Assembly (NCBI GenBank): GCA_007135115.1
Contig: SLJN01000188.1
Span: 46-64,045, forward strand
Origin: Balneolales bacterium
GTDB lineage: Bacteria; Bacteroidota; Rhodothermia; Balneolales; Natronogracilivirgulaceae
Reading direction: 5' to 3'
DNA: 64,000 nucleotides
Position numbers and translations under genes: made by a program
The notes under the pieces: model-generated
The model's database searches: none
What the model was told of the DNA's origin: nothing
Seen by the model: only the letters and a program-made list of their open reading frames with translations
Shown here: positions 22,709-32,760 of the stretch, piece by piece
How positions within the stretch are numbered: the first letter of the stretch is position 1
Layout: every line of letters begins with the position of its first letter

Positions 22709-25447
22709 CTAATCCTCAATCATTTTGGGCCGATCGATATAGGGCAGGCCTTCAATGATCCACTCTTCCGGGTCTTCATCAAGCAGATAGTGATCGTGCC
22801 ACTGGAAAGCGCGTTTGGCGTAGTCGAGTTGGTTTTCTTTGCGGGCGAGAGAGTGGTTTTCGCCTTCATACACGAGCATGGCAAATGGGTTTTCCATTCG
22901 GCGCATGGTGCTGTAAAGTTCCACACCCTGATTAAAGTCGACAGCTCCATCTTCCGTACCAAACATGAGCAGGAGCGGGGTGTCGGTGTCTTCCATTTGA
23001 AAGATGGGGGAATTGTCCACGAAATTATCCCAGTCTTTCCAGTAGGGCTCAGGGAAGCGGCCCTGACTCACTTCAAAAATGGTTTTATCCGGAACACCGG
23101 TGTTCCAGTAGATGGAATTGTACATGCTAATCATATTGGTCAACGGCGCACCGGCAACTGCCGATGAAAACAGATCGGTCTGGGTGATGATAAACGCCGT
23201 TTGATATGCTCCCCAGGAATGACCGTCCAACCCGATTTGATCTTCATCTATTTGATAATTTTCCACGACTTCTTCTACGGCCGGAACGACACTTTCAACT
23301 GCCGACTCACCCGGACGCCGAAGTTCGTACGTGATATCGGGCTCGAAAACGAAGTAATCTTCCGAAGAAAACCGTCGCTGATTGTAGGCACTCGTTCGGT
23401 TAGGCATCGAGTAGCTGTGCATCGTCTGAGACCGGAGTTCGTATATATAGACCATCATCGGATACTCTTCATCCGGATCATAATTAGCCGGGTAAATCAA
23501 TCGGCCTTCGAGTTCTTCACCGCGCTCATTGGTGAAGGAGACCAATTCATCGTCGGCCCAGTGATAATCCTCCTGCTGGGTATTGGTGTTGGTCAGAGCT
23601 ACAGCGTCGTCAAAGCCGTTTTCTTCTTCGGTGTAGTACATATTCGGTGAATCCACGGCTGTCTGAGACTGAAAGAAATATCCATCACCGTTTTCGGAAA
23701 CAGCAATTTGATTGATCATCTTAGACTCGTAAATCAACGTATCAAGCTGATTGCGGCGGTCGACGCGAGCGTATCCGCGGTCTTTGGTCCGATGACCGTA
23801 CATGGAAAGATAAATATCTCCTCTCGGATCCAACGCATCTACAGATGGGTCCGGTCGAGCTTGCCGGAAGCGGATTTCATCTTGAGAACCTTCGGTAATT
23901 CTTTCGACATCACCACCGGCGGGTCGTGCTTTGTAGACATCAAACTGATCGTATAGCAGCACCCAGCGGTCTTGTTCTGCCCACTGACCGGAACCGTGTG
24001 GCGGATCAAATTCACGACCGGTAACCGAAGTGGTGTCGTTGAATTCAGCATCGACGTTTTCGGTCAGATTGCGATGGCGGTAGGTGTCATTTTCAAAAGT
24101 CCACCAGTCGTTGTCGCGAAAATAGAGGATATACTGTCCGTCTGGCGAAACCTGCACGGTTTCATGGCGAGCCAGGATTTTTTCTTGTGATCCGTCTTCG
24201 ACATCGACCATATAAACGTCGTTCCAGCTCTCGCGAAATCTCGGCATGTAGGGCGTTGGATCGTAGAGCACCGCATGTTGTTGATCGCCGGTCAATGTGA
24301 TGGAGTGCTCATGATCATCCATTAGCTGAACAAAGCGGTCGTCATCCAGATGCCAAACCGACATGAAGTTGGATTCCTTCAGCATATTCTGCTGAACTTT
24401 TTGCTGCGGCTGGATCGGATCATCTTTCCAGTGCCAAACCTCGACATTGGTCGGATCGAGGTGGGCGTCGGGATCGTCTTCGTCGTTGTCGTTTTCATCC
24501 TCCGGCTTTTCGGTCCACTCTTTAATCCCGAAGAATAATTGTTCACTATTATCGGACCAGCGAAGCGACCGGTAGTCTACAGTCCGATGATCCTCAGGGA
24601 AATCAGAGATATCAGCCGGGTCTAAAACCTGCTTGTTGTAATCGCTGTCCAGATTTGAAAAAGCGAAAACTTTGTGAGATGGTTCTTTGTAGTCTTCATC
24701 TTCGGTCTTTTTCAGAAAAGCAAGCGCTGTACCGTCGTCATTCCAGGTCAGCGAGCTGTATTGGGTCGTTTCGCTGCTGAGTACTCTTGTGGATGTGCTT
24801 TGAGGATCGATCACATGAACACCGTTGCCGAGCTTTTCATGGGCATCAATCAGAATGGCAAACAATGAGCCGTCGTCGTTAAAGCTGCTTTCAGCGACGT
24901 TTCCGAAAATCTGGTTGGACTCCTGTTGCAAGTTTCGCAAGATGACATCTCTGCCGCTGTAATCTGAGTTTTCAGGAGCATACTTGCGCATGGCCAGAAA
25001 CTTTCCGTCATCCGAAAAGTCATAACCGGAAATGTTGCTGAAGGTATCAATCTCGGCGGATTCCAGGTTCATCAGCCCGAGATCGTATTTTACCCGTTCC
25101 TGTTGTTCTCGTAATTCACGCTCTTCTTCTTCGGATACGCCAATCCGGAAGGCAAACCACTTACCATCCGATGAAAACCCGGGTTGTTCGGCATAATCCA
25201 TTTTTTTCGCATCATCCGGGTCTTCACCTGTTTCGATGAGTTTCAACCACCCGTCACCTTCAACCGGTGAGATATTATAGGCAAACCAGTCACCGTCGGG
25301 TGCGATTTCAGTAGCTGCGATGCGCTCCCACTGGGCGAAGTCACCCGGGGTGAGTTGGGATAAGTCATTCTGCTGATCTTGTGCGTATACATGTAAAGCA
25401 ACCCCTGTAAAGAGCAAGCTCAAGCTTGTGCGTATTAGTGTTCTCAT
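22709..25447 (-). CDS. Secreted S9 family serine peptidase (prolyl oligopeptidase-like, N-terminal beta-propeller)
   Basis: C-terminal alpha/beta hydrolase domain with nucleophile GHSWGAY and a later D/H region (GTEDGAVD, GENHSL). Long WD/Tol-like propeller N-terminus. I place the start at ATG 25447 (MRTLIRTSLSLLFTGVALHVYAQ, a signal peptide) rather than the track start at 25546. Confidence 0.8.
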   Translation of the reverse strand: MRTLIRTSLSLLFTGVALHVYAQDQQNDLSQLTPGDFAQWERIAATEIAPDGDWFAYNISPVEGDGWLKLIETGEDPDDAKKMDYAEQPGFSSDGKWFAFRIGVSEEEERELREQQERVKYDLGLMNLESAEIDTFSNISGYDFSDDGKFLAMRKYAPENSDYSGRDVILRNLQQESNQIFGNVAESSFNDDGSLFAILIDAHEKLGNGVHVIDPQSTSTRVLSSETTQYSSLTWNDDGTALAFLKKTEDEDYKEPSHKVFAFSNLDSDYNKQVLDPADISDFPEDHRTVDYRSLRWSDNSEQLFFGIKEWTEKPEDENDNDEDDPDAHLDPTNVEVWHWKDDPIQPQQKVQQNMLKESNFMSVWHLDDDRFVQLMDDHEHSITLTGDQQHAVLYDPTPYMPRFRESWNDVYMVDVEDGSQEKILARHETVQVSPDGQYILYFRDNDWWTFENDTYRHRNLTENVDAEFNDTTSVTGREFDPPHGSGQWAEQDRWVLLYDQFDVYKARPAGGDVERITEGSQDEIRFRQARPDPSVDALDPRGDIYLSMYGHRTKDRGYARVDRRNQLDTLIYESKMINQIAVSENGDGYFFQSQTAVDSPNMYYTEEENGFDDAVALTNTNTQQEDYHWADDELVSFTNERGEELEGRLIYPANYDPDEEYPMMVYIYELRSQTMHSYSMPNRTSAYNQRRFSSEDYFVFEPDITYELRRPGESAVESVVPAVEEVVENYQIDEDQIGLDGHSWGAYQTAFIITQTDLFSSAVAGAPLTNMISMYNSIYWNTGVPDKTIFEVSQGRFPEPYWKDWDNFVDNSPIFQMEDTDTPLLLMFGTEDGAVDFNQGVELYSTMRRMENPFAMLVYEGENHSLARKENQLDYAKRAFQWHDHYLLDEDPEEWIIEGLPYIDRPKMIED

Positions 25448-25639
25448 ACCATGAAAATTTTGTAATAGTCTGATTGATAGATTTCGTGGCTTTAAAAACG
25501 AAATAATTTGAAAGTATGGCAACCCTGGTAATGGCTGCTTGATCACAAACTGAACAGAATGGTATCATTTTTGTCAAATCAGTGTGACACATTTGTCCAT
25601 AGTATCATTATTGCATAAATCTTTCTAATTCGCATCAAT

Positions 25640-27361
25640 ATGTATAAAATCTACCCCTTTACTCTTTTGATTCTGGTTACACTGTTGGCAGCCTTACCTG
25701 TTTCAGCGCAAGAAATTATACTGGAACGGGTCTTCCCGGATGTCACTGTAGATAATATTCTTGGGCTGGAAACCCCTGATAATGATGAAAACTATGTTTA
25801 CGCCTTATCCCAAAGAGGCTACATATATCGTCTCGACCCTGAAAACCCGGATGCTGAGGCCGTAGAGTGGATGGATATTTCGGATCAAGTAGTTTTTAGT
25901 GGTGAACAAGGGTTGCTTGGATTGGCTTTTCATCCGAATTATGCGGATAACAATAGATTGTATATTAACTATATCGCTGATGATCCCCGCAGAACGGTAA
26001 TTTCCCGTTTTTATACCGAAAATGGTGAAGTGGATGAAGACAGCGAAGAAATCATTTTGGAATTTGATCAACCTCGATCTAATCACAATGGTGGGCAGAT
26101 TACCTTTGGTCCCGACGGCTACCTCTACATTGCTTCCGGAGATGGAGGTGGGTCCGGCGATCCTGAAGAAGATGGCCAAAATACGTTTTCCCTTTTGGGT
26201 GCGATGCTCCGGATTGATGTAGACCAGGAGTCTGACGATGGCAGGTCATACGCAATTCCTGAAGACAATATGTTCGCAGATTCTGATGACGGTGAGGATG
26301 AAATTTACGCCTACGGATTTCGAAATCCCTGGAGGTTTAGTTTCGATACCGAAAAAGATTTACTTTGGGTAGCCGATGTTGGTGAAAATGAATGGGAGTA
26401 CATTCATCTTGTCGAAGGGGGAAAAAATTACGGATGGAATATTGTGGAAGGATCAAATTGCTTCCCACCCGGCAGCAGCTGCGATAAAGAGGGATTAGAG
26501 ATGCCGATTTATGAATATCGTCACGGAGAGGACGGGCTTGGTCGGGCTTCGGTAACAGGTGGTTATGTTTACCGGGGTGAAAGAAATCCGGTGCTTTACG
26601 GCAAGTATGTTTACGGGGATTATGTCAATGGTGTCATTTGGGCGCTTGACTATGATACGGAAGCCGAGGAGGTAATATCGAATGTCCGCTTGGCAGATAC
26701 GGATCACATGATCTCGTCTTTCGGAGAAGATGTAGATGGTGAAATTTATGTGCTATCGTATGCTACAGGAGAAATGTATCGAATCCTTGCCACCCCTGAT
26801 GTGGTTACCATAACCTCCCCGGAGGCTGATGAGTCAGTAGATCAGGGTCCAACCATAACCTGGGATGCCATGCCGGGAGCGGATCGCTATCGGATTCAAA
26901 TCAGTGAGGATGAGGATTTTTCTGATTATATCGTAGATGCCGAGACAAGTGAAACCTCCTACGAAACCGATCTCGAAGAGGGCGAGTACTATCTGCGGAT
27001 AAGAGCCGAAAACGAGGCCGGAGAGGGAGAATATTCCGAAACATTGACCTTTTCTGTTAACCTTTCAACTATGGCGGATACCCAGGTTGATATACCCAGA
27101 GAGTTTGAGTTAAGCACCGCCTATCCGAACCCGTTTAATCCGGTTACCAATTTCACGATTTCAGTGCCGTCAGATGGTAGAGTTGTCATCGATGTTTATA
27201 ACAGCTACGGGCAGCGGGTTACGCAAATAACAGACCGTGAATATGCTCCCGGAGAATACGCATTTGAGTTTGATGGCTCACGCTTATCATCCGGTGTATA
27301 TGTGATCACAGCCCGGATGGGTCAAGATCGCCGAACGCAGAGCGTAACTTTACTAAAATAG
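25640..27361 (+). CDS. PQQ-dependent sugar (glucose/sorbosone) dehydrogenase with FN3-like module and T9SS C-terminal sorting domain
   Basis: Signal peptide. Beta-propeller motifs LGLAFHPNY, SNHNGGQITFGPDGYLYIASGDGG, GFRNPWRFSFD and GKNYGWN. One FN3-like module follows at about 26806-27060. The C-terminal YPNPFNPVTNF...GVYVITARMG tail is the TIGR04183-type Por secretion signal. Confidence 0.8.
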   Translation: MYKIYPFTLLILVTLLAALPVSAQEIILERVFPDVTVDNILGLETPDNDENYVYALSQRGYIYRLDPENPDAEAVEWMDISDQVVFSGEQGLLGLAFHPNYADNNRLYINYIADDPRRTVISRFYTENGEVDEDSEEIILEFDQPRSNHNGGQITFGPDGYLYIASGDGGGSGDPEEDGQNTFSLLGAMLRIDVDQESDDGRSYAIPEDNMFADSDDGEDEIYAYGFRNPWRFSFDTEKDLLWVADVGENEWEYIHLVEGGKNYGWNIVEGSNCFPPGSSCDKEGLEMPIYEYRHGEDGLGRASVTGGYVYRGERNPVLYGKYVYGDYVNGVIWALDYDTEAEEVISNVRLADTDHMISSFGEDVDGEIYVLSYATGEMYRILATPDVVTITSPEADESVDQGPTITWDAMPGADRYRIQISEDEDFSDYIVDAETSETSYETDLEEGEYYLRIRAENEAGEGEYSETLTFSVNLSTMADTQVDIPREFELSTAYPNPFNPVTNFTISVPSDGRVVIDVYNSYGQRVTQITDREYAPGEYAFEFDGSRLSSGVYVITARMGQDRRTQSVTLLK

Positions 27362-27423
27362 TACCTGTAAGAAAACGCCAGGATTTGATCCGGTCGGTTC
27401 GGTATATTCGGTTGAGTTGATTC

Positions 27424-27451
27424 GTAGGGACGCAATGCATTGCGTCCCTAC
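27424..27451. repeat. Perfect 28-bp palindrome GTAGGGACGCAATGCATTGCGTCCCTAC
   Basis: Read directly from the sequence. Every base pairs with its mirror partner around a central ATGCAT. It lies between convergent genes and has no flanking T-run. Confidence 0.9.
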
Positions 27452-27589
27452 CATTCATGGGCTCGATGGCAGCCAACTACACCAATTTTTCAAATTTACT
27501 GATTTACCTTGATTCCCTTCTGCATCCAAATAGCAGCATTATTTTTCTTAAAGACACTGTAAGCAATAAAGCGATCTCGATCAGAAAAA

Positions 27590-28192
27590 TCAGTTAATTT
27601 GTTTAACGAATCCATCGTAGCCTCTTTCCCGGAGGCTTTCAATCTGGCGTTCAGCATCGCTTATACTGGTGAATCGCCCGTAATAAACCATGTACCGGTT
27701 CCGGTTGAAGAAAAATACCGGTTCAAAACGGGCGTCACCACCAATTTCTTCAGCGAGGCGTTTCGCAAATGGCGGTGAATTATATTCTCCGACCTGAATG
27801 GTATACATTTCCTGATCCAGGTCCCGGGGAATGCGGCCCCCTGCTTCTACCAATTCCAGGCGGACATCAGCTACACCGGAGTCCATCATGTCCAAATCTT
27901 CAGCGGCGGCTCGTGACAAGTCGATGATGCGGTCACCCTCATAGGGGCCACGGTCATTAATCCGAACATCCACACTTTTGTCGTTTTCAGTGTTAATCAC
28001 CCTCACAACAGTATCAAAGGGAAGCGTGCGATGAGCGGCGGTTGTGTCGGAAGAGTTGTAAACTTCACCGCTGGAAGTTAATCGCCCATCGAAGCCGGGT
28101 CCATACCAACTTGCTTCACCTTCCTGGAGCGTTCCTCCTCCGCAGCCCGAAAGAAGAATCAAAGACAACAGTAAAAAAATAAAAACCTTCAT
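27590..28192 (-). CDS. rlpA: Septal ring lytic transglycosylase RlpA-family lipoprotein (DPBB + SPOR domains)
   Basis: Lipobox LLSGC, RlpA double-psi beta-barrel motif (GEASWYGPGFDGRLTSSGEVYN...AAHRTLPF.T.VRV.N..N..SV.VRINDRGP) and a C-terminal SPOR-like repeat. Confidence 0.8.
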   Translation of the reverse strand: MKVFIFLLLSLILLSGCGGGTLQEGEASWYGPGFDGRLTSSGEVYNSSDTTAAHRTLPFDTVVRVINTENDKSVDVRINDRGPYEGDRIIDLSRAAAEDLDMMDSGVADVRLELVEAGGRIPRDLDQEMYTIQVGEYNSPPFAKRLAEEIGGDARFEPVFFFNRNRYMVYYGRFTSISDAERQIESLRERGYDGFVKQIN

Positions 28193-28363
28193 CGTAAATC
28201 GTCATGAATTACATTTTAGTTATCTCAATAACAGGGCATGTAGTAATTTAGTTCAAAATAGCTCTTGCATAAGTGATCAGTTATAATACATTTACAGTAA
28301 TGCAAGTCGTTAAATAATGGATTGCAGCTGTCCAAAAATTCTATCTTTAAAAAGGAGGTCGGT

Positions 28364-28801
28364 ATGGAAGTCCGGGATATTTTGTCCAAAAAAGGCGAAG
28401 ATGTTTATCATACAAGTCCATCGGATACAGTATTTGATGCTATCTCCAAAATGGCGGAACATCAGGTAGGTGCTTTATTAGTGATGGAAGGGCAAGAGTT
28501 GAAAGGGATCATCTCTGAAAGAGACTATCGAAATAAAATCATCTTAAAGGGACGAACGTCAAAAGATACTTTAGTTAAAGAGATTATGGTTTCAGATGTA
28601 ACTACGGTGAAACCAAGTGACTCCGTTGAGGAGTGTATGGGATTGATGACGGATAAGCGTTTCCGACACCTACCCGTGCTGAATGATAACAAAGTAGTCG
28701 GAGTAATCTCTATCGGTGATATTGTAAAGTCAATTATTGATAAACAAAAAGAGGAAATAGAAGACTTAAAAGGTTATATTTCAGGAAGCTATCCGGGATA
28801 A
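28364..28801 (+). CDS. CBS-pair domain protein
   Basis: Two CBS motifs (VGALLVM.....GIISERD ; HLPVL.DNKVVGVISIGDIV). Start moved to ATG 28364, which has an AGGAGG 7 nt upstream. The track start at 28322 is TTG. Confidence 0.8.
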   Translation: MEVRDILSKKGEDVYHTSPSDTVFDAISKMAEHQVGALLVMEGQELKGIISERDYRNKIILKGRTSKDTLVKEIMVSDVTTVKPSDSVEECMGLMTDKRFRHLPVLNDNKVVGVISIGDIVKSIIDKQKEEIEDLKGYISGSYPG

Positions 28802-28991
28802 ATTTAAAAGTTAAAATCGGGTAATTGAAGTTGATGCATAACCTGCTTCCTTTCATTAGGTTATGTCGGTTGAATGAAGTTTCTGGTCGGTTTATAGCTG
28901 ATTAAGAATATCCCGGCTCTATGTGATGGAATGCTCCTTTGGGGGAGTGGTTCGTAAAAAATGTTACCCCTTACTTTTTAGCCTGCCTGAA

Positions 28992-29936
28992 ATGCAAACA
29001 ATTCTTGGTGCCGGAGGTGTCATAGGTAATGGACTGGCCTCTGCTTTACCCCGCTATACGGATCAGATCAGATTAGTGAGCCGCAATCCGCAACGCATTA
29101 ATCCGGGGGATGAAATCTTCCCTGCGGATTTAACCAATATCGGCCATACGATAAAAGCGGTTAAAGGATCCGAAGTCGCTTACTTAACAGCGGGCTTCAC
29201 CTATAACACGGAGGTTTGGCAAAAAACCTGGCCCCTGGTCATGGAAAATGTTTTGGAAGCCTGCAAAGTACATGATGTTAAATTGGTTTTCTTCGATAAT
29301 ATGTATTGCTATGGAAGAGCAGCAGGGCCGATAAACGAAAATCAAAAAATGAACCCATGCAGCCAAAAAGGAGAGGTAAGAGCTCGCATAGCGGAGCAGA
29401 TGTTAACAGAGATTGAAAAAGGCAATTTGCAGGGAATCATCGTCCGGTCGGCGGATTTTTACGGTCCGGGTGCAGATAACTCGTTGGCCTACAAAATGGT
29501 CTTTCAGAAATTAATTCATGGTAAAAAAGCCTCCTGGGTGTGCCATGATAACTTTAAACACGCTTCCACTTTCACCCCGGATGCGGTTGAAGCAACTGCA
29601 TTGCTGGGTAACACTCCAACAGTGTGGAACCAAATTTGGCACCTTCCGACAGACTCGCAGGCATTAACAGGAAAAGAATTCATACAGCTTACCGCAGAAC
29701 TAATGAATGCTCCACCTGGATATTCGCTTCTGAAACCCTGGATGCTTAAGATGGTCAGCCCGTTTAATGCCGATGCTCGCGAATTGCTTGAAATGACCTA
29801 CCAGTACGAGTGTGATTATATCCTCGATAGCAGTAAGTTTGAAGAAAAGTTCTATCGGCCAACAGGTTATCAGGAGGGGTTGAAGAATACGGTAAATTCT
29901 TTACGGTCGCCGGCCAGAGAGCCGGTAGAGGCTTAG
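28992..29936 (+). CDS. NAD(P)-dependent epimerase/dehydratase-family (extended SDR) protein
   Basis: N-terminal Rossmann motif ILGAGGVIGNGL directly after the ATG at 28992. Size and pattern fit atypical or extended SDRs. The 23 codons upstream in the track ORF look non-native. Confidence 0.65.
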   Translation: MQTILGAGGVIGNGLASALPRYTDQIRLVSRNPQRINPGDEIFPADLTNIGHTIKAVKGSEVAYLTAGFTYNTEVWQKTWPLVMENVLEACKVHDVKLVFFDNMYCYGRAAGPINENQKMNPCSQKGEVRARIAEQMLTEIEKGNLQGIIVRSADFYGPGADNSLAYKMVFQKLIHGKKASWVCHDNFKHASTFTPDAVEATALLGNTPTVWNQIWHLPTDSQALTGKEFIQLTAELMNAPPGYSLLKPWMLKMVSPFNADARELLEMTYQYECDYILDSSKFEEKFYRPTGYQEGLKNTVNSLRSPAREPVEA

Positions 29937-29996
29937 CAGAGCTATATCAGGGATCCAACCATGGAAATGGGGTGACATTTTTCGTACTCTTCCGGT

Positions 29997-30791
29997 ATGG
30001 AGCAATTACACTACATTCACGGTACCTCTGTTTCAGAGCAACAGCGGCTAAAATTATTAAATAAACTGACCAACCCACCCTTCATCCGGTTCATTGATCC
30101 CAATCCGAATGACACCGTTTTGGAGCTGGGTTCCGGAGTGGGAGTGCTTGCCGCGGAAGTTGCTCAAAAACTTAGCAGTGGAATCATGACGGGCGTTGAA
30201 TTCTCAGAAGAACAACTCAGTCAGTGTCCGGAAGAATATGATCAGTTGCGATTCATTCAGGGTAATGTCCATGATTTGCCATTTGATGATCACACCTTTG
30301 ACAAAGTCTATGGGCGCTATATACTTGAGCACGTTGCAAAGCCCGATCTTGTGATTCGCGAAGCACTTCGCGTATTAAAGCCTGGTGGTACCGTTTATTT
30401 TCAGGAAAATGCCATTTTAAACCTGGATTTCTATCCGGAGTGCCCGAAGTTCAAATCCCTCTGGCGCAAATTTGTAGAGTTGCAATCCGAACTTGGTGGT
30501 GATGCCATGATCGGAATCAAAATGTATTACTTGCTAAAGCGAGCCGGATTTCAGAAACTTAATCTCAGTGTGGCTCCGCAAAATCACCATTATGATCAGC
30601 CGGAATTTCACATGTGGGTGGATAATATTATCGGTAATGCCGATAGCGCCAGGGAAGAGCTGGTCCGCCGTGGCAAGGTTTCGACTGAAGAGTTTCAAAA
30701 TGCTGTTGAAGAACTACAACAACTCAAAAATAATGAACTTGCCAGCTGCTACTTTTGCTGGAACCGGATAACCGGACAAAAACCGCTGTAA
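29997..30791 (+). CDS. Class I SAM-dependent methyltransferase
   Basis: Motif I VLELGSGVGVL, motif post-I/II (GVEFS, FDKVYGRYILEH) and LKPGG, as in the Methyltransf_11/25 type. Confidence 0.75.
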   Translation: MEQLHYIHGTSVSEQQRLKLLNKLTNPPFIRFIDPNPNDTVLELGSGVGVLAAEVAQKLSSGIMTGVEFSEEQLSQCPEEYDQLRFIQGNVHDLPFDDHTFDKVYGRYILEHVAKPDLVIREALRVLKPGGTVYFQENAILNLDFYPECPKFKSLWRKFVELQSELGGDAMIGIKMYYLLKRAGFQKLNLSVAPQNHHYDQPEFHMWVDNIIGNADSAREELVRRGKVSTEEFQNAVEELQQLKNNELASCYFCWNRITGQKPL

Positions 30792-30803
30792 ACTCACTCA
30801 AAT

Positions 30804-32714
30804 ATGCTGTTGAATAGATCTCATCAAAACTTTAAAACCATCCCGTTTTTAGTTTTTATCACCATTGCTACGTTTTCTGCATGTTCAGAAGCACCTGCTC
30901 AGTCCGGTGAATTTGAGTATCAAGGTGTAGTTGAAGGGTTTTATGGTAGCTTTTGGACTCATCAGGAGCGCCGTGACATGATTGAATTAATGGGCAGGGC
31001 TGAACTCACGGATTATTTTTATGCGCCCAAGGATGATCCCTATCATCGCAGTCAATGGCGCGACCCTTACGAAGGAGAGTGGCTTGAGGAATTTGAAGAA
31101 CTCTTATCCCATGCGGAAGACCACGATGTGAATCTCCATTATGCATTGAGTCCGGGGTTGGACATGGTGTACAGTTCCGAAGAGGACTTCGAAGCCATGA
31201 TCGAAAAATTTGAGTCTATGTACGATTTGGGCGTTCGCCATTTCGCACTGTTTTTGGATGATGTACCACAGGTGCTCCAACATGATGAAGATCTTGAGGC
31301 TTTTGATGATCTGGCCGACGCCCATGTCGAGGTTATTAACCGAATGAACGAATGGGTGGAATCAGTAGGTGGCGAATTGACGGTTTGTCCTACCACCTAC
31401 ACCAATTCTTTCGGGAGCAAAGATTACATCCGCAAACTCGGTGAAGGCGTCAACGATGATGTACCCCTTTTCTGGACGGGTGTTGATGTTGCCGTGGCAG
31501 AAATCACCGGCGAGGAAACCGCTGAATGGGGCGAACTCATGCAGCGCAAGCCCTTAATTTGGGATAACTTTCCGGTTAATGATTTTGAGTCATGGCGGAT
31601 TTTCCTGGCGCCGCTTTCTGGCCGGGATGCGGAACTTGCCTCGGAAGCTGCCGGAATTATATCCAACCCGATGAATGAGCCTTATGCCTCTATGATAGGT
31701 GTTTATACCGTAGGGTTGTACGCCCAGGATCCGGCGGGCTATGATCCGGAGGAAGCCCTTCAAACAGCACTTTCGGATTTATATGGTGACCAAGCTGCGC
31801 AGGCATTAATGCCTGTGGTTGATTTCTACAGTGCCTACGGCTGGGAGGATCACCCGCTCACTCCGGTCGTCACTCCCGGTATGGAAATTGATTATAACAA
31901 CAAACATTTGAAGCTGGATCGGGCCGTAGAAGCCGTGGATGATTTCGTGGGTCTAACCGAAGGTGATCCATGGGCAGATGGCCTGGTTGCCGAACTCGAT
32001 GATATACTTTACGAGACTAGAAATGAGCTGACCGGAATACAATTTCGTCAGTCTAAAGTCGAGCAAGACGGTATCTGGACTACGCGGCGCAACGAAATGT
32101 CCGTTGCCGAATACGAGCAGTGTCCCAATTATGATTACGCCAATATCCCTGAAGAAAACTGGTACCGTCTTGATCATACCGGCCATGATGCCATAAGCGG
32201 AGTGACCCGGTTGATCGATTGCGAAGATCGGTTGAATTTAGTCATTCGAATGAAGAGCGAGGAGCCCATTTACGCATCTGACGCTGTTTACGGAGATCAC
32301 GCCTTTGTGATACTCAGCGATGAAATTGAAAACCGAACCAACATTGACGACAGCGAAATCATCCTGAAACTGCTTCCGGATCGTGAGGAGGAATCGCATG
32401 CGATATCCGCATACAAATTTACCGGTGATTATTTCGCACTCCGCGGCATCCGCAATGTTGAAATTGCCACTTTTACCCCGTTTTTCATGGAATTTATGGA
32501 GCAAACCGATGTTCCAGATGACATCGATGTTTCCTATCGAAATACCGATGCCGGCTACCAATGGGAAATCCAAATTGATCCGGACTATATCCGGCCACAA
32601 GGGTTAAATATCGGGGGAACCATATCCGGCGAAGAAGGCGAGGCCAACCAGTTTCATTTGAGTGAAGAACCTTTCTTCGGTAACCCGGGAGTTTTTCCTG
32701 AAGTGGTCTATTAA
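30804..32714 (+). CDS. GH84 family beta-N-acetylglucosaminidase (O-GlcNAcase/NagJ-like) lipoprotein with extra C-terminal domain
   Basis: Lipobox ATFSAC. GVVEGFYG..W....R.......G....N.Y.YAPKDDP.HR..WR..Y N-terminal block and the FALFLDDV segment carrying the catalytic Asp-Asp pair are characteristic of GH84. Confidence 0.72.
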   Translation: MLLNRSHQNFKTIPFLVFITIATFSACSEAPAQSGEFEYQGVVEGFYGSFWTHQERRDMIELMGRAELTDYFYAPKDDPYHRSQWRDPYEGEWLEEFEELLSHAEDHDVNLHYALSPGLDMVYSSEEDFEAMIEKFESMYDLGVRHFALFLDDVPQVLQHDEDLEAFDDLADAHVEVINRMNEWVESVGGELTVCPTTYTNSFGSKDYIRKLGEGVNDDVPLFWTGVDVAVAEITGEETAEWGELMQRKPLIWDNFPVNDFESWRIFLAPLSGRDAELASEAAGIISNPMNEPYASMIGVYTVGLYAQDPAGYDPEEALQTALSDLYGDQAAQALMPVVDFYSAYGWEDHPLTPVVTPGMEIDYNNKHLKLDRAVEAVDDFVGLTEGDPWADGLVAELDDILYETRNELTGIQFRQSKVEQDGIWTTRRNEMSVAEYEQCPNYDYANIPEENWYRLDHTGHDAISGVTRLIDCEDRLNLVIRMKSEEPIYASDAVYGDHAFVILSDEIENRTNIDDSEIILKLLPDREEESHAISAYKFTGDYFALRGIRNVEIATFTPFFMEFMEQTDVPDDIDVSYRNTDAGYQWEIQIDPDYIRPQGLNIGGTISGEEGEANQFHLSEEPFFGNPGVFPEVVY

Positions 32715-32760
32715 AGCTGCTAACTTAACTTCCTATAACTTCTTTATATGAATTTTAACG

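Noticed and set aside
25448-25546. N-terminal extensions given by the ORF track for the S9 peptidase (to 25546), the CBS protein (28322), the SDR (28923), the repeat protein (35577) and the giant gene (43897)
   Set aside because: In each case an internal ATG is followed immediately by a signal peptide or by the first conserved motif (Rossmann GAGG, CBS). The extension looks non-native or starts at TTG.
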